Part shown: positions 1 through 8,960 of the stretch, one piece after another
Layout: each line of letters begins with the position of its first letter
Position numbering within the stretch: the stretch's first letter is position 1
Source: an uncultured Chloroflexia bacterium
GTDB taxonomy: Bacteria; Chloroflexota; Ktedonobacteria; Ktedonobacterales; JADMIN01
Assembly: GCA_963718915.1 (NCBI GenBank)
Contig: CAVRAI010000001.1
Location: 450,001 to 482,000 of the forward strand
Length of the DNA: 32,000 nt
Direction: 5' to 3'
Made by a program: the position numbers and the translations under genes
Notes under the pieces: model-generated
What the model was told of the DNA's origin: nothing
The model's input: only the letters and a program-made list of their open reading frames with translations
Database searches by the model: none

Positions 1-103
1 GGGCGCAACCCATATCATCCTCAATCTGCGCGCGCCGTATCCCGAAGGCATCGTGCATCGGCTGGCGGAGGAGGTAGCGGGGCCACTCGCAGCGGAGCAG
101 TAA
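1..103 (+). CDS. 3' end of a gene cut by the window edge (C-terminal 33 aa ...GATHIILNLRAPYPEGIVHRLAEEVAGPLAAEQ*); possibly the tail of a TIM-barrel/luciferase-like oxidoreductase
   Basis: Frame starting at nt 2 is open to the TAA at 101-103. The GATHIIL motif resembles C-termini of LLM-class oxidoreductases, from memory only. Confidence 0.3.
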   Translation, partial: GATHIILNLRAPYPEGIVHRLAEEVAGPLAAEQ

Positions 104-228
104 GCGCAGGATGGTGAGGAGGCGCATAGCCGCGTTTGGTGTAGGGTGGGCATGCCGCAGGCTGAGAGCTATGCGGCTAATCCTGTTCGCTCAGTATCCT
201 TGCTAATGGCGAACGTGCGATTCTGGCC

Positions 229-1131
229 TTATCGCGGCTCTCGCCATCGGTCGCTTTCAGGAGATTCTTCATATCGGCGCTCTGGCGTGATGATGAAGCA
301 GCGGTCCGTCAGCAATTCAGTGCGCTGGGAGAGCGTGAGAGCAGGCTCGCTGGATTCGCTCTCACCAAAGAACACAGCGGTTTCGGCAACCTTGTCATCT
401 TCACGAATATCGTCCTCGCCATCTACGTTGTAGTAGTAAGCGTCTTGGGTCACGTAATCGCGGCGAAAATCGGTTCCCCACTGCGAGTTGTGTCCCCAGC
501 CATGAGATTGATCAACGGCTTGACGATTGTTTCGAGTGTAAGCCCAATAGAGCCGTGAATTCTCGGCGATATCTTTGCGGATGAAATGCTCGCCACCGCG
601 CACTCGTACTCCAGCACGGCAAAAGAGCATATGCCCCAGGAGGAAACCGGGCCAGATTATCTCGACAAGGCTGATTGGTTCATCAGGATCAGGCGCCTGC
701 TCAACATCAACTATCTCATGGTAGAACGGATGGAATGTAGAGTGTTCGGCTTCCTGCATTCCCAGCGAGCGCATCCACTCATTGCGCTCCTCTATCTGAA
801 TCGCTGGAAGCCACCCTTCATTGTACGCGGCGAGTGGGAATGTCGTCCGGTTCCTAACTGGTTGGAAGGGGAGCAGGAGCATGTCGCTCACGCGCGAGAG
901 CGCGTAGAGATGTTCGAGGCAGGTGTAATAGTTATCGTCCCCTCCACTGCATGCGTCAGGCTGTTCTTTGCCCCAAAATATCGCCTCGGCGCTCCCATAG
1001 GATTGGAGCACGCTCATTGTAACCGCTGCTTGTGGTTGCCAGGGCAGTAGAACGTCATGATACGCATCGGCGCCTTCGTATTCCACAAGTCGGTGAAAAA
1101 GCGAGCGGAATGAGAAAATAGCAGCGACCAT
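229..1131 (-). CDS. Hypothetical protein (300 aa), no family recognised
   Basis: Long ORF with non-artefactual composition (W/Y/F/H-rich, motif HGWGHNSQWGTDFRRDY, acidic C-terminus). GC is visibly lower than in the flanks. It lies downstream of the aldehyde dehydrogenase on the same strand. Confidence 0.6.
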   Translation of the reverse strand: MVAAIFSFRSLFHRLVEYEGADAYHDVLLPWQPQAAVTMSVLQSYGSAEAIFWGKEQPDACSGGDDNYYTCLEHLYALSRVSDMLLLPFQPVRNRTTFPLAAYNEGWLPAIQIEERNEWMRSLGMQEAEHSTFHPFYHEIVDVEQAPDPDEPISLVEIIWPGFLLGHMLFCRAGVRVRGGEHFIRKDIAENSRLYWAYTRNNRQAVDQSHGWGHNSQWGTDFRRDYVTQDAYYYNVDGEDDIREDDKVAETAVFFGESESSEPALTLSQRTELLTDRCFIITPERRYEESPESDRWREPR

Positions 1132-1223
1132 CGCGATCTCCTGGGATGCCAGTGGCTAGCGGACTCCAATACGCTAAGGCATCCCAGATTATACCCTAAT
1201 AACTGCACGCTTTGTACGCTGAT

Positions 1224-2756
1224 CTACGGTTCCTTCGTCTCTCCACGTGCGATGAAATACCAGGGCTTGACGGGCGTGTCTGTCAGGTCGTGCATCACGT
1301 GCTTGATCTGGGTGTAGTCCTCCAGCGCGTAGAACGACATGTCTTTGCCGAAGCCGCTCTGCTTGTAGCCGCCGTGGGGCATCTCCGAGGCGATGGCGAT
1401 GTGCTCGTTCACCCAGACTGTGCCCGCCTGGATGCCCGCCGCCATGCGGTTGGCGCGGAAGACATCGCGTGTCCAGACCGACGCCGCCAGCCCATAGTCG
1501 GTATCGTTCGCCAGCGTCAGCGCCTCGGCCTCCGTCTCGAACGGCAGCACGCACAGCACCGGCCCAAAGATTTCCTGCTGCACGACTTCCGCCTGCTGGC
1601 TTTGGGGCAGCAGCACCGTCGGCGCGTAATAGTAGCCATCCGAGAGCGCCGTATCGGTTGGGCGCTCTCCGCCCGCCAGCACCTGCGCGCCCGCCGCCCG
1701 GGCCCGCTCGACGAATCCCTCCACCCGCTCGCGCTGTCTGGCCGAGATAACCGGCCCCATCTCGGTCGCCGGATCGTCGGGTAGCCCCATGCGAATGCTC
1801 TTCACCAGCGAGACAAGCCGCTCCAGAAACGCATCCATCACCGACCGCTGGCAATAGACGCGCGTCGCGGCGGTACAGTCCTGGCCGGAGTTGATATACG
1901 CGCCCATCACCGCGCCGTGGGCCGCCGCATCGAGATTGGCGTCCTCGAAGACGACGAACGGCGCCTTGCCGCCCAGCTCCAGGTGTAGCCGCTTCACCGT
2001 CCCCGCCGCCACGCGCATAATGTCTTTGCCTGTGGCAGTGTCGCCGGTAATCGAGATCATGCGTACCAGCGGATGCCCGCAGAGCACGGGGCCAATCTCC
2101 TCGCCGCGCCCGGTAATCACATTGAGCACGCCCGGCGGCAACCCGGCCCGCTCGCCCAGGTCGGCCAACGCCAGCGCGGTCAGCGGCGTGACGGTGGCGG
2201 GCTTGAGGACGACGGTGTTGCCAGCAGCGAGCGCGGGCATGATCTTCCAGATGGCCATATTGAGCGGATAGTTCCAGGGGGCAATCGAGGCGACGACGCC
2301 AATTGGCTCGCGGCGAATTGTGCTCTGGTAGCCAGGCAGATACTCGCCCTGGCCGAGCGTGTGCAGCACGCGACAGGCTCCGGCGAAGTAGCGGGCATTG
2401 TCTATCGAGAAGGCGACATCGAAGTCGCGCGCCATGGTAATCGGCTTGCCGGTATTGGCGCTCTCCAACTGCGCCAGCGGCTCAGCCTCCGCCGCCATCA
2501 GGTCGGCCAGCCGGGTCAATATCTCGCTCCGTTGTCCGGGCGAGAGGCGGCTCCAGCGGCCATCATTATAGGCGTCACTGGCGGCGGAGACGGCGGCGTC
2601 CACGTCGTCAGCGGTCGCGGCGGCCACCTCGGCAATCCGCTGCCCAGTGGCGGGGTTCACCACCGGGATCAGCGCGCCCCCGCTGGCGTCGCCCCAGCGT
2701 CCATTGATATAGAGTTGGTGGGCGCTCTCACGAGCGAGCATATCGGCAACTGCCAT
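1224..2756 (-). CDS. NAD(P)-dependent aldehyde dehydrogenase (aminobutyraldehyde/betaine-aldehyde dehydrogenase-like)
   Basis: 510-aa ORF with ALDH hallmarks: [27 protein letters not shown] (catalytic Cys region), [18 protein letters not shown]. Confidence 0.95.
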   Translation of the reverse strand: MAVADMLARESAHQLYINGRWGDASGGALIPVVNPATGQRIAEVAAATADDVDAAVSAASDAYNDGRWSRLSPGQRSEILTRLADLMAAEAEPLAQLESANTGKPITMARDFDVAFSIDNARYFAGACRVLHTLGQGEYLPGYQSTIRREPIGVVASIAPWNYPLNMAIWKIMPALAAGNTVVLKPATVTPLTALALADLGERAGLPPGVLNVITGRGEEIGPVLCGHPLVRMISITGDTATGKDIMRVAAGTVKRLHLELGGKAPFVVFEDANLDAAAHGAVMGAYINSGQDCTAATRVYCQRSVMDAFLERLVSLVKSIRMGLPDDPATEMGPVISARQRERVEGFVERARAAGAQVLAGGERPTDTALSDGYYYAPTVLLPQSQQAEVVQQEIFGPVLCVLPFETEAEALTLANDTDYGLAASVWTRDVFRANRMAAGIQAGTVWVNEHIAIASEMPHGGYKQSGFGKDMSFYALEDYTQIKHVMHDLTDTPVKPWYFIARGETKEP

Positions 2757-2805
2757 GGTGTGGGTGGTCCTTTCGGTGATAAGCGTTGGTGAGTCATTCG
2801 CGGCA

Positions 2806-2990
2806 TGATGCGGCGGCTAATCGCGTCGGCTGCTCCTAGCCGGCGCTACGCCGCAAAGGCCGCCTGCTGCGGCCTCCAGATTCCGGCGCCACATGGCTAA
2901 CCATCCTCTCTGGAGCCTGCGCTGACCGGCAGGGTGTTGCGGACGCGCAGGAGCCGCGCGTCCCCTAGGCGCGAGTATTTTAATCCGCCA
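2806..2990. repeat. GC-rich multi-hairpin intergenic repeat, copy a of a dispersed family
   Basis: About 90 nt is recognisably similar to 25787-25880, for example ctacgccgcaaaggccgcctgctgcggcct vs ctgcggccgcaaaggccgcctacgcggcct and tctctggagcctgcgc vs tctctgcagcctgcgc. It fills the 240-nt gap between two co-oriented genes. Confidence 0.5.
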
Positions 2991-2995
2991 GCCAG

Positions 2996-4300
2996 CTACG
3001 CCCCCGCCGCCACACTCGCATGCGCGCCAATCCCGGCGGCGATCACGTCGAGCGCGTGGGCCAGATCGTCGTCGGCGATGACCAGCGGTGGCTGCACTCG
3101 CACGACGTTGCCCTCCGAGCCGCCGACGCCCACCAGCACGCCATGCTCGCGGCAATACGCGCGTACCGCCTTCGCCAGGGCGGCATCCGGCGCTCTGGTC
3201 GCGCGGTCAGAGACCAGCTCGATGCCAACCATCAGGCCGAGGCCGCGTACCTCACCAATGGCGGGCAGTTTCTCCTGCCAGCCGCGCAGCGTCGCCATCG
3301 CCGTCTCGCCCTTGCGCGCCGCCTGTCCCGGCAAATCTTCCTGCTGCATCACGCGCAGATTCGCCAGCCCCGCCGCGCATGCGACCGGGTTGCCGCCGAA
3401 GGTCGAGAGATGCTCGCCGATATGGAACGAGTCGGCAATCTCCGCGCGGGCAATCGTCGCCGCCAGCGGGAAGCCATCGGCGATACCCTTCGCCATCACC
3501 ATGATATCTGGCTCGACGCCGAAATGCTCGATGGCGAACAGCTTGCCGGTGCGCCCGAAGCCGCTCTGCACCTCGTCGGCGATCAGCAGGATGTCGTGGC
3601 GGTCCAGAATCTCCTTGACACGTGTCATGTATGAGACCGGCGGCACGATCAATCCGCCCTCACCCATCACTGGTTCGATGATGAACGCCGCGACATCGCC
3701 GCTGGTATGGAAGCGGATCGTCTCTTCGAGCGCCTGGGCGCACTTCTCCGCCACCACCTCGGGATCATCACCGTAGAGCGAGCGATAGGTGTAGGGCGCG
3801 GGCGCGAAGGCGACACCCCCCGCGTAGGGGCCGCCGCGTGTCTTGCGCGTCATGTTGCCGGTAATGCTGAGCGTGCCGTACGAGCGCCCGTGAAAGCTGC
3901 GCTCCAGCGCGATGATCTCACGCTTGCCGGTGTAGACCTTCGCCAGCCGGATCGCCGCCTCGATGCCCTCCGCGCCGCTATTGGAGAAGAACGTCTTTTG
4001 CAGCCGTCCCGGGGTCGCCTCGGCCAGCGCCTCGGCAAAATCGGCCACCGGCTCGACATAGTAGCCGTAGCTGCTGGCGTGGATGAGCCGGTCAATCTGC
4101 GCCTTGGCCGCCTCGCGCACGGCGGGATGCCCGTGACCCGCGTTGACAACCGAGATGCCCGCGAAGCAATCGATATACTCCTGGCCGCTGGCGTCGGTGA
4201 TGCGCGCGCCCTCGCCGCTGTGGACGACGACCGGCTCGACGGTGGTAAAGCTGGTGGTGACGTAGCGCGCGTACTTCTCGCGCGTATCCAGGTCGCTCAT
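2996..4300 (-). CDS. Class-III PLP-dependent aminotransferase (omega-amino acid / 4-aminobutyrate aminotransferase-like)
   Basis: 434-aa ORF with SNSGAEGIEAAIRLA, DEVQSGFGRTGKLFA and MAKGIADGFP (PLP-Lys). An RBS-like GGAGG lies upstream of the start. Confidence 0.95.
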   Translation of the reverse strand: MSDLDTREKYARYVTTSFTTVEPVVVHSGEGARITDASGQEYIDCFAGISVVNAGHGHPAVREAAKAQIDRLIHASSYGYYVEPVADFAEALAEATPGRLQKTFFSNSGAEGIEAAIRLAKVYTGKREIIALERSFHGRSYGTLSITGNMTRKTRGGPYAGGVAFAPAPYTYRSLYGDDPEVVAEKCAQALEETIRFHTSGDVAAFIIEPVMGEGGLIVPPVSYMTRVKEILDRHDILLIADEVQSGFGRTGKLFAIEHFGVEPDIMVMAKGIADGFPLAATIARAEIADSFHIGEHLSTFGGNPVACAAGLANLRVMQQEDLPGQAARKGETAMATLRGWQEKLPAIGEVRGLGLMVGIELVSDRATRAPDAALAKAVRAYCREHGVLVGVGGSEGNVVRVQPPLVIADDDLAHALDVIAAGIGAHASVAAGA

Positions 4301-4421
4301 AGGTAGCCTCCTTCTGATTGCCGCTATCTGGCCTCAGTATAGGCTACCCGATGCGCGCGGTGTCATTGGCGCGCTGGCGGAAGTTGCGCCGTAGCTCTTG
4401 GCCGCGCTGTCCTATGGATGA

Positions 4422-5900
4422 TCACTTCCAGCCCAACTGGCGCGCTATTGCCATTTCGTGCGTGCTGGCAAACGGCAGCGATGGGAAGATTTGGTGGGCG
4501 TTGCTGTCTAGAGCGATCAACGCGCCCGCACGATAGAGCACATAGGCGGTCTGGCCAGAGGTAATGTCTACTGTCTTCGCATACATTACAGCCAGAAGAT
4601 ATCCGTCGGCTGGCGCTGTCGCGAACCGTCCATCGCCGATGCTCATGCCATAAGCGGACGCGAGCCCACCCAATTTCGACATAGTGATTACCTGGAAGGT
4701 ATCGGACTGAAACGTCTGCGCAACATCCACCTGCCATGCGCCTGTCCAGTTTGCAGCCATATCCACCGTCGGCACGCCATCACCTTGCTTCGTATCAACG
4801 GTGACAGGCTGACCATTGGACAGAGTATATTGCCAGCGGACGACCGGGATAAGCGTCCAATGTACCCCAGGCCCAGATGCCTCCGGAATCTCTATCGTGC
4901 CGCTGCAGAACGGCGCGCATTGCTCGTTCCCGATGCGTTCGCCCTGGCGTACTGCTACGTGAAAGCTGAGCGTTACATTGAACGCATGCGTAGCCGTTGC
5001 CGCCTTGCCGGCGGCGGTGATGTAGTGGTCGCCTGGGAGCACAGGCGCGCTGGATGTGGAGCTATCCAGCACCTGCTGTGTGGCTGCGATGAGCGCATCA
5101 AGTGAAGCCGCTGGCAGTTGATTGGGAATCGCTCGCAGATCAATCGCGCGGCCTTCCCAGGGTCGCGTTGGATTGCCAGCCGAATCTACTGGCGTGCCAT
5201 CGCTATTGAAGTTGAGAGTTACATTCCCGAGCGGACAGGTATCGCTCGGCGATCTGGGAGCGTTGATCGTGCAAGTAAACGTGGGAAACGGCGCCGCAGT
5301 ATAGGTGATCGTATTGCTCGTATGGGGCAGATAGAGCGGGTTCAGCGTGGGTAGTTGACCGTCGGCGGTATGCGCCGTGATGTCGACTGGCTGCCCATCG
5401 ATCGTGAGTCTGCCCCAGGGCACGACATGGACAAAGACCACTGCATTGCCGCCCGCTGGAAGGATGCCGATTGACGTATCGGATGCGCTGGGACGATTGA
5501 CCAGTAGCGTTGTGGCCAGCAGCGCCACGACCAGCATAGCGGCTATTTCAGGCAGGATGCGCAACCACACGCGGCGATGCGCGGGCGGGCGTTGCGGTAT
5601 CGAGGGGACGGGAACAGCAGCCGTCTCCTCGAATGGGTGGTCGGATGCGTTAGCATAGATGATATCGTCCAGCGTCAGTGGCGCCGCCACAGAGTCCAGT
5701 TGCGGCGCGTCTGGGCCATAGTAGTGGCGGCCAGCGGCTTCAAGCGCGGCGTACTCGTCGAGCCGCGTATGACAGTGGGCGCAGGTCGCCGCATGCGCCA
5801 GCAGATCGCGGGACTCATTGTCCGTCAGCAGGCCCGTCGCGAGCAATGGCAGCAGCGACTCATAGGCGGCGCAGTGGGACGCTGGCTTCGAGTGGTTCAT
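4422..5900 (-). CDS. Membrane anti-sigma factor (N-terminal zf-HC2, one TM helix, large uncharacterised ectodomain)
   Basis: N-terminus carries H-x3-C-x2-C (LLAHAATCAHCH). A TM segment (WLRILPEIAAMLVVALLATTLLV) follows. The start lies 13 nt downstream of the sigma-factor region-4 frame stop. Confidence 0.8.
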   Translation of the reverse strand: MNHSKPASHCAAYESLLPLLATGLLTDNESRDLLAHAATCAHCHTRLDEYAALEAAGRHYYGPDAPQLDSVAAPLTLDDIIYANASDHPFEETAAVPVPSIPQRPPAHRRVWLRILPEIAAMLVVALLATTLLVNRPSASDTSIGILPAGGNAVVFVHVVPWGRLTIDGQPVDITAHTADGQLPTLNPLYLPHTSNTITYTAAPFPTFTCTINAPRSPSDTCPLGNVTLNFNSDGTPVDSAGNPTRPWEGRAIDLRAIPNQLPAASLDALIAATQQVLDSSTSSAPVLPGDHYITAAGKAATATHAFNVTLSFHVAVRQGERIGNEQCAPFCSGTIEIPEASGPGVHWTLIPVVRWQYTLSNGQPVTVDTKQGDGVPTVDMAANWTGAWQVDVAQTFQSDTFQVITMSKLGGLASAYGMSIGDGRFATAPADGYLLAVMYAKTVDITSGQTAYVLYRAGALIALDSNAHQIFPSLPFASTHEMAIARQLGWK

Positions 5901-5912
5901 CGTCGCTTCCCT

Positions 5913-6510
5913 TCAGATGGTTCGCGCATCGGACGTTGCTGGGGCTGAACAGAGGATGAGGGACTGCTGGGCGTTCCAGGCGTCGCGCAGGCGCTGTCTG
6001 GCGCGCGAGAGCCGCTTGCGCAGGGTATCGGTGCGGATATCGAGGATCGCGGCGACCTCGGAGGCGCTGAATCCATGCGCCGCCTGGAGCAAAAAACAGG
6101 CGGCATCCTCGGGACCAACGCTTAGTAGCGCCAGATGCAGTGTCTCGGCGTCGGCTACAGCATCCTCGAAAGATGGCTTCGCATCGAGACTGGCATCCAC
6201 CGAGATAGAGTCGTCGAGCGATCTCCCAGGCAATGATGCGGCGTCGGCGCCGATGCTTGATGGCCTGGCGATAGGCGACCGTAAACAACCAGCGACGGAT
6301 GGCTTCCCGATCGTCGAGCGTGTCAAACGGCGGCGCTTTTCGCACCATACTGCGCCAGGCCGCGACGAAGGTATCCTGCGTGATGTCACGCGCCAGCTCC
6401 CAGTCGCCTACCAGCCCGCGCGCGAAGTTGATGAGCGCTGGCTGCGTCTGTGCGAGTATGCCATCGAACTCGGTCATAGGCAGGTCGGTGTCGGGAAGTG
6501 GCTCACTCAT
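5913..6510 (-). pseudogene. ECF (sigma-70 family) sigma factor interrupted by a single frameshift
   Basis: Region 2 (FARGLVGDWELARDITQDTFVAAWRS...RRWLFTVAYRQAIKHRRRRR) is in the frame starting at 6510. Region 4 (GPEDAACFLLQAAHGFSASEVAAILDIRTDTLRKRLSRARQRL) is in the +1 frame ending at 5913. The switch falls around 6215-6235, near a GGG run on the coding strand. Confidence 0.8.
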
Positions 6511-6650
6511 ACTAGCGTCATCTCCTTACCGATCATCAACCGCTTATCGTCGCATGACCCGCTCGTCGCTCTCACTGATGCAATAGCTTGAGCGATGGGG
6601 AACGTGACATATCAGCCAGATAACGCATGTGGTGTGGCTGGAGGTAAGCG

Positions 6651-8501
6651 TTACGGCAGGGCATAGATGGCGACGTTGGTGATAAAGATGACGCAGCGCG
6701 GCTCGGCGGCGAAGTCGAGGATGCCGCCGGAATAGGTGGTGTCGAGCGCCGTGGCGACGACTTTGCCGTCTATGGCGAAGCTGAACGTGCCGCCATTGAC
6801 GATGAGATCGTAGGTATGCGGCTGATCGAGCGTCGTCGGCAATTCACCGTCCTGAAGCGTCGTCTTGTGGCCGTCTACAGGATTGTAGGTATTGAACTCC
6901 CATTGGCCATTGGCGTCTACCAGAAAGCCATAGCCGCCGAAGGTAACCGCTTCAGGCGTCGCCGCCTGCTCGCGGAACTTGAAGCCGAAATAATCGGTGC
7001 GGCTGATGCCAATGGACTGTATCTGCGCCTGGATGATGTAGCTCTGTGGGAATGCGCCGTTGGGCAGGCGCTGCAGCTTGGCCAGCGCCAGCGGGCAGGA
7101 ACAATTCGCCCCGGTGAGCACTGTGCCGCCGCCCAGACAGTGCTGCTGCTGGCCCTCGACGTTCGTAAACCACTCCGCACTCTGGGTATCGCACTGGCCG
7201 GGGGCGCTGGTCGTGTAGAGCGCTTTGCCCGCGGGCACTAATGGCCGGAAGGCGTTCGCCGAGGACGAGGGTGTGGAGAGCACGGTGGCTACCGGAGTCG
7301 TCGGCGAGACCAGGCCAGACAGCGCTGGCAGAAGGCGTGGGGCGGAGAGTATTCCACCAATCACGATCACCAGCAGCGCCAGCACGAGGGTGCCTGTACG
7401 CATGGCGCGAGCAAGACCCCCTTTCGCCCCAGCGTTTCCTGGCGCCTTGTCACGGGGCTGCTGATTCTCAGGGAGTTTGCGCGTCGCGACCCGTGTGCGC
7501 GGATCGGCATAGGCCCCGTTCGCAGCTTCCAACTCTTCCAGCGCGCTTGCCGAATCGCTCAGCGTCGTATCGAGCGCGTGGTTGGGCGCCGCTGGCAGGG
7601 CGAGCGCGGGATGCCAGTCGCCGCTGAGTCCATCGTCGAAGGCGGCGGCGAAGGTTCCCGCACTCTCGAAGCGATCTTCGGGACGTTTGGCAAGCGCCTT
7701 GCGCAGCGCCGCGTCGGCTGGCTCCGGCAGTTCCGGTCGGAGCGCGCGCGCTGATGGCGGCGGGTTATTCAGATGTTGCAGCGCCAGTTGCAGGGGATCG
7801 CTAGCGCTAAAGGGCAGCGCGCCCGTCACCATCTGCCACGCCAGCACACCCAGCGCGTAAATATCCAGTTGCGGCGTGATCGCGCCACCAGTGAGCTGCT
7901 CGGGCGCCATGCAGGCGGGCGTCCCGATGACCTGCCCGGTGCGGGTGAGCGCTATAGCGCCAGTTGTATCGAGCGGCTGTGAGGCGCCGCGCTCGAAGAT
8001 GCGGGCAATGCCGAAATCCGCCAGAAGCGGCGTGCCGTCGCGATCCAGCAGCACATTGGCGCCCTTCACGTCGCGGTGTATCACGCCCTGCCTGTGCGCA
8101 TAGTCGAGCGCGCTGGCAATCTGGCGCAGATCGCTGGCAATGTCTTCCAGCGACAGCGGCCCAGCGGCCATCTTGCCCGCCAGCGTGCCGCCGGACATCA
8201 GTGGTAGCTCCATGTAGCTCAGCCCATTGACCTCGGCGTGGTAGCTGAGGATGGGCAGAATGTGCGCGTGGTGAAGCTGGCTGACCGCCTGCGCCTCGCG
8301 GAGAAAGCGCGTCTGAAAGGATACGAGTTCGGGGGTGGGCAGTTCATCATCTGGCAGCAAGAGCTTGATGGCCCGCTGGATCGAGGGGTCGTCGAGACGC
8401 TCGGCCAGAAAGACCGCGCCCGCGCCCCCCGCGCCGAGCAACGCCACCAGCCGATAGCCGCTGAGTACGCGGCCAATATAATCCTTCGCGGCTACCGCCA
8501 T
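6651..8501 (-). CDS. Transmembrane Ser/Thr protein kinase with a C-terminal extracellular jelly-roll (LamG/DUF1080-like) domain
   Basis: Hanks motifs are present: GAGGAGAVF, AIKLL, HRDVKGANVLL, DFG, APE. A TM helix (GTLVLALLVIVIGGILSA) follows. I placed the start at the internal ATG 8501 (MAVAAKDYIGR...), which has a GGAG 6 nt upstream. The 88 codons further upstream look non-coding. Confidence 0.9.
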   Translation of the reverse strand: MAVAAKDYIGRVLSGYRLVALLGAGGAGAVFLAERLDDPSIQRAIKLLLPDDELPTPELVSFQTRFLREAQAVSQLHHAHILPILSYHAEVNGLSYMELPLMSGGTLAGKMAAGPLSLEDIASDLRQIASALDYAHRQGVIHRDVKGANVLLDRDGTPLLADFGIARIFERGASQPLDTTGAIALTRTGQVIGTPACMAPEQLTGGAITPQLDIYALGVLAWQMVTGALPFSASDPLQLALQHLNNPPPSARALRPELPEPADAALRKALAKRPEDRFESAGTFAAAFDDGLSGDWHPALALPAAPNHALDTTLSDSASALEELEAANGAYADPRTRVATRKLPENQQPRDKAPGNAGAKGGLARAMRTGTLVLALLVIVIGGILSAPRLLPALSGLVSPTTPVATVLSTPSSSANAFRPLVPAGKALYTTSAPGQCDTQSAEWFTNVEGQQQHCLGGGTVLTGANCSCPLALAKLQRLPNGAFPQSYIIQAQIQSIGISRTDYFGFKFREQAATPEAVTFGGYGFLVDANGQWEFNTYNPVDGHKTTLQDGELPTTLDQPHTYDLIVNGGTFSFAIDGKVVATALDTTYSGGILDFAAEPRCVIFITNVAIYALP

Positions 8502-8960
8502 GCCACTCTCCACCTGTCTACGCCGACCTGCCCATCTCCCTTCCGCGCTGTCGGGGGCAGGTGTCCCCAGTATAAGCAACTGCTGAGCGCCTGGCAACTG
8601 TTCATTTTGCGTGGCAGACAATCCGTCACGAAGTGAAATCGATGACACAAATCGCGTCAGAAATACTCCAAAGGATGGAGGGTTTCCCCATGAGCATGTT
8701 CGTATAATCTGTCGGGCTAACCTGTCGAACTCATCCGCTGGGCAGGCGGGAGCATACTCTTGCATGGATTATGTTGGGCTTTGGGCGCACGCTGGGCATA
8801 TCTGGGCATAGATGTAGCAGACCGAAGGACGATAGCGATCACTTCGCGGGATATTCAGAAAACGACGATTAAGACGATACATGGATGGCCAGACGGTTGG
8901 AGCCGACCTGGCGGATAGCAGCAAAAGCCTCTGGGCTGTTTTTGGAAGGGCTGACTGACT

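Noticed and set aside
2817-3155. 112-aa minus-strand ORF, plus 25657-25842 and 25851-26126
   Set aside because: They are translations of the GC-rich hairpin repeat elements and of the antisense strand of neighbouring genes. The products are Arg/Ala/Gly-rich with no start context.
5860-6225. Continuation of the sigma-factor region-2 frame (216-aa ORF overlapping the anti-sigma start)
   Set aside because: The tail is Arg/Cys/Pro-rich with no sigma region 4, while a well-preserved region 4 is present in the +1 frame. It is treated as off-frame read-through after a frameshift.
8502-8765. 88-codon N-terminal extension of the Ser/Thr kinase ORF
   Set aside because: The region has lower GC, no kinase-related sequence and no RBS. 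The internal ATG at 8501 is preceded by GGAG and immediately followed by the glycine-rich loop region.
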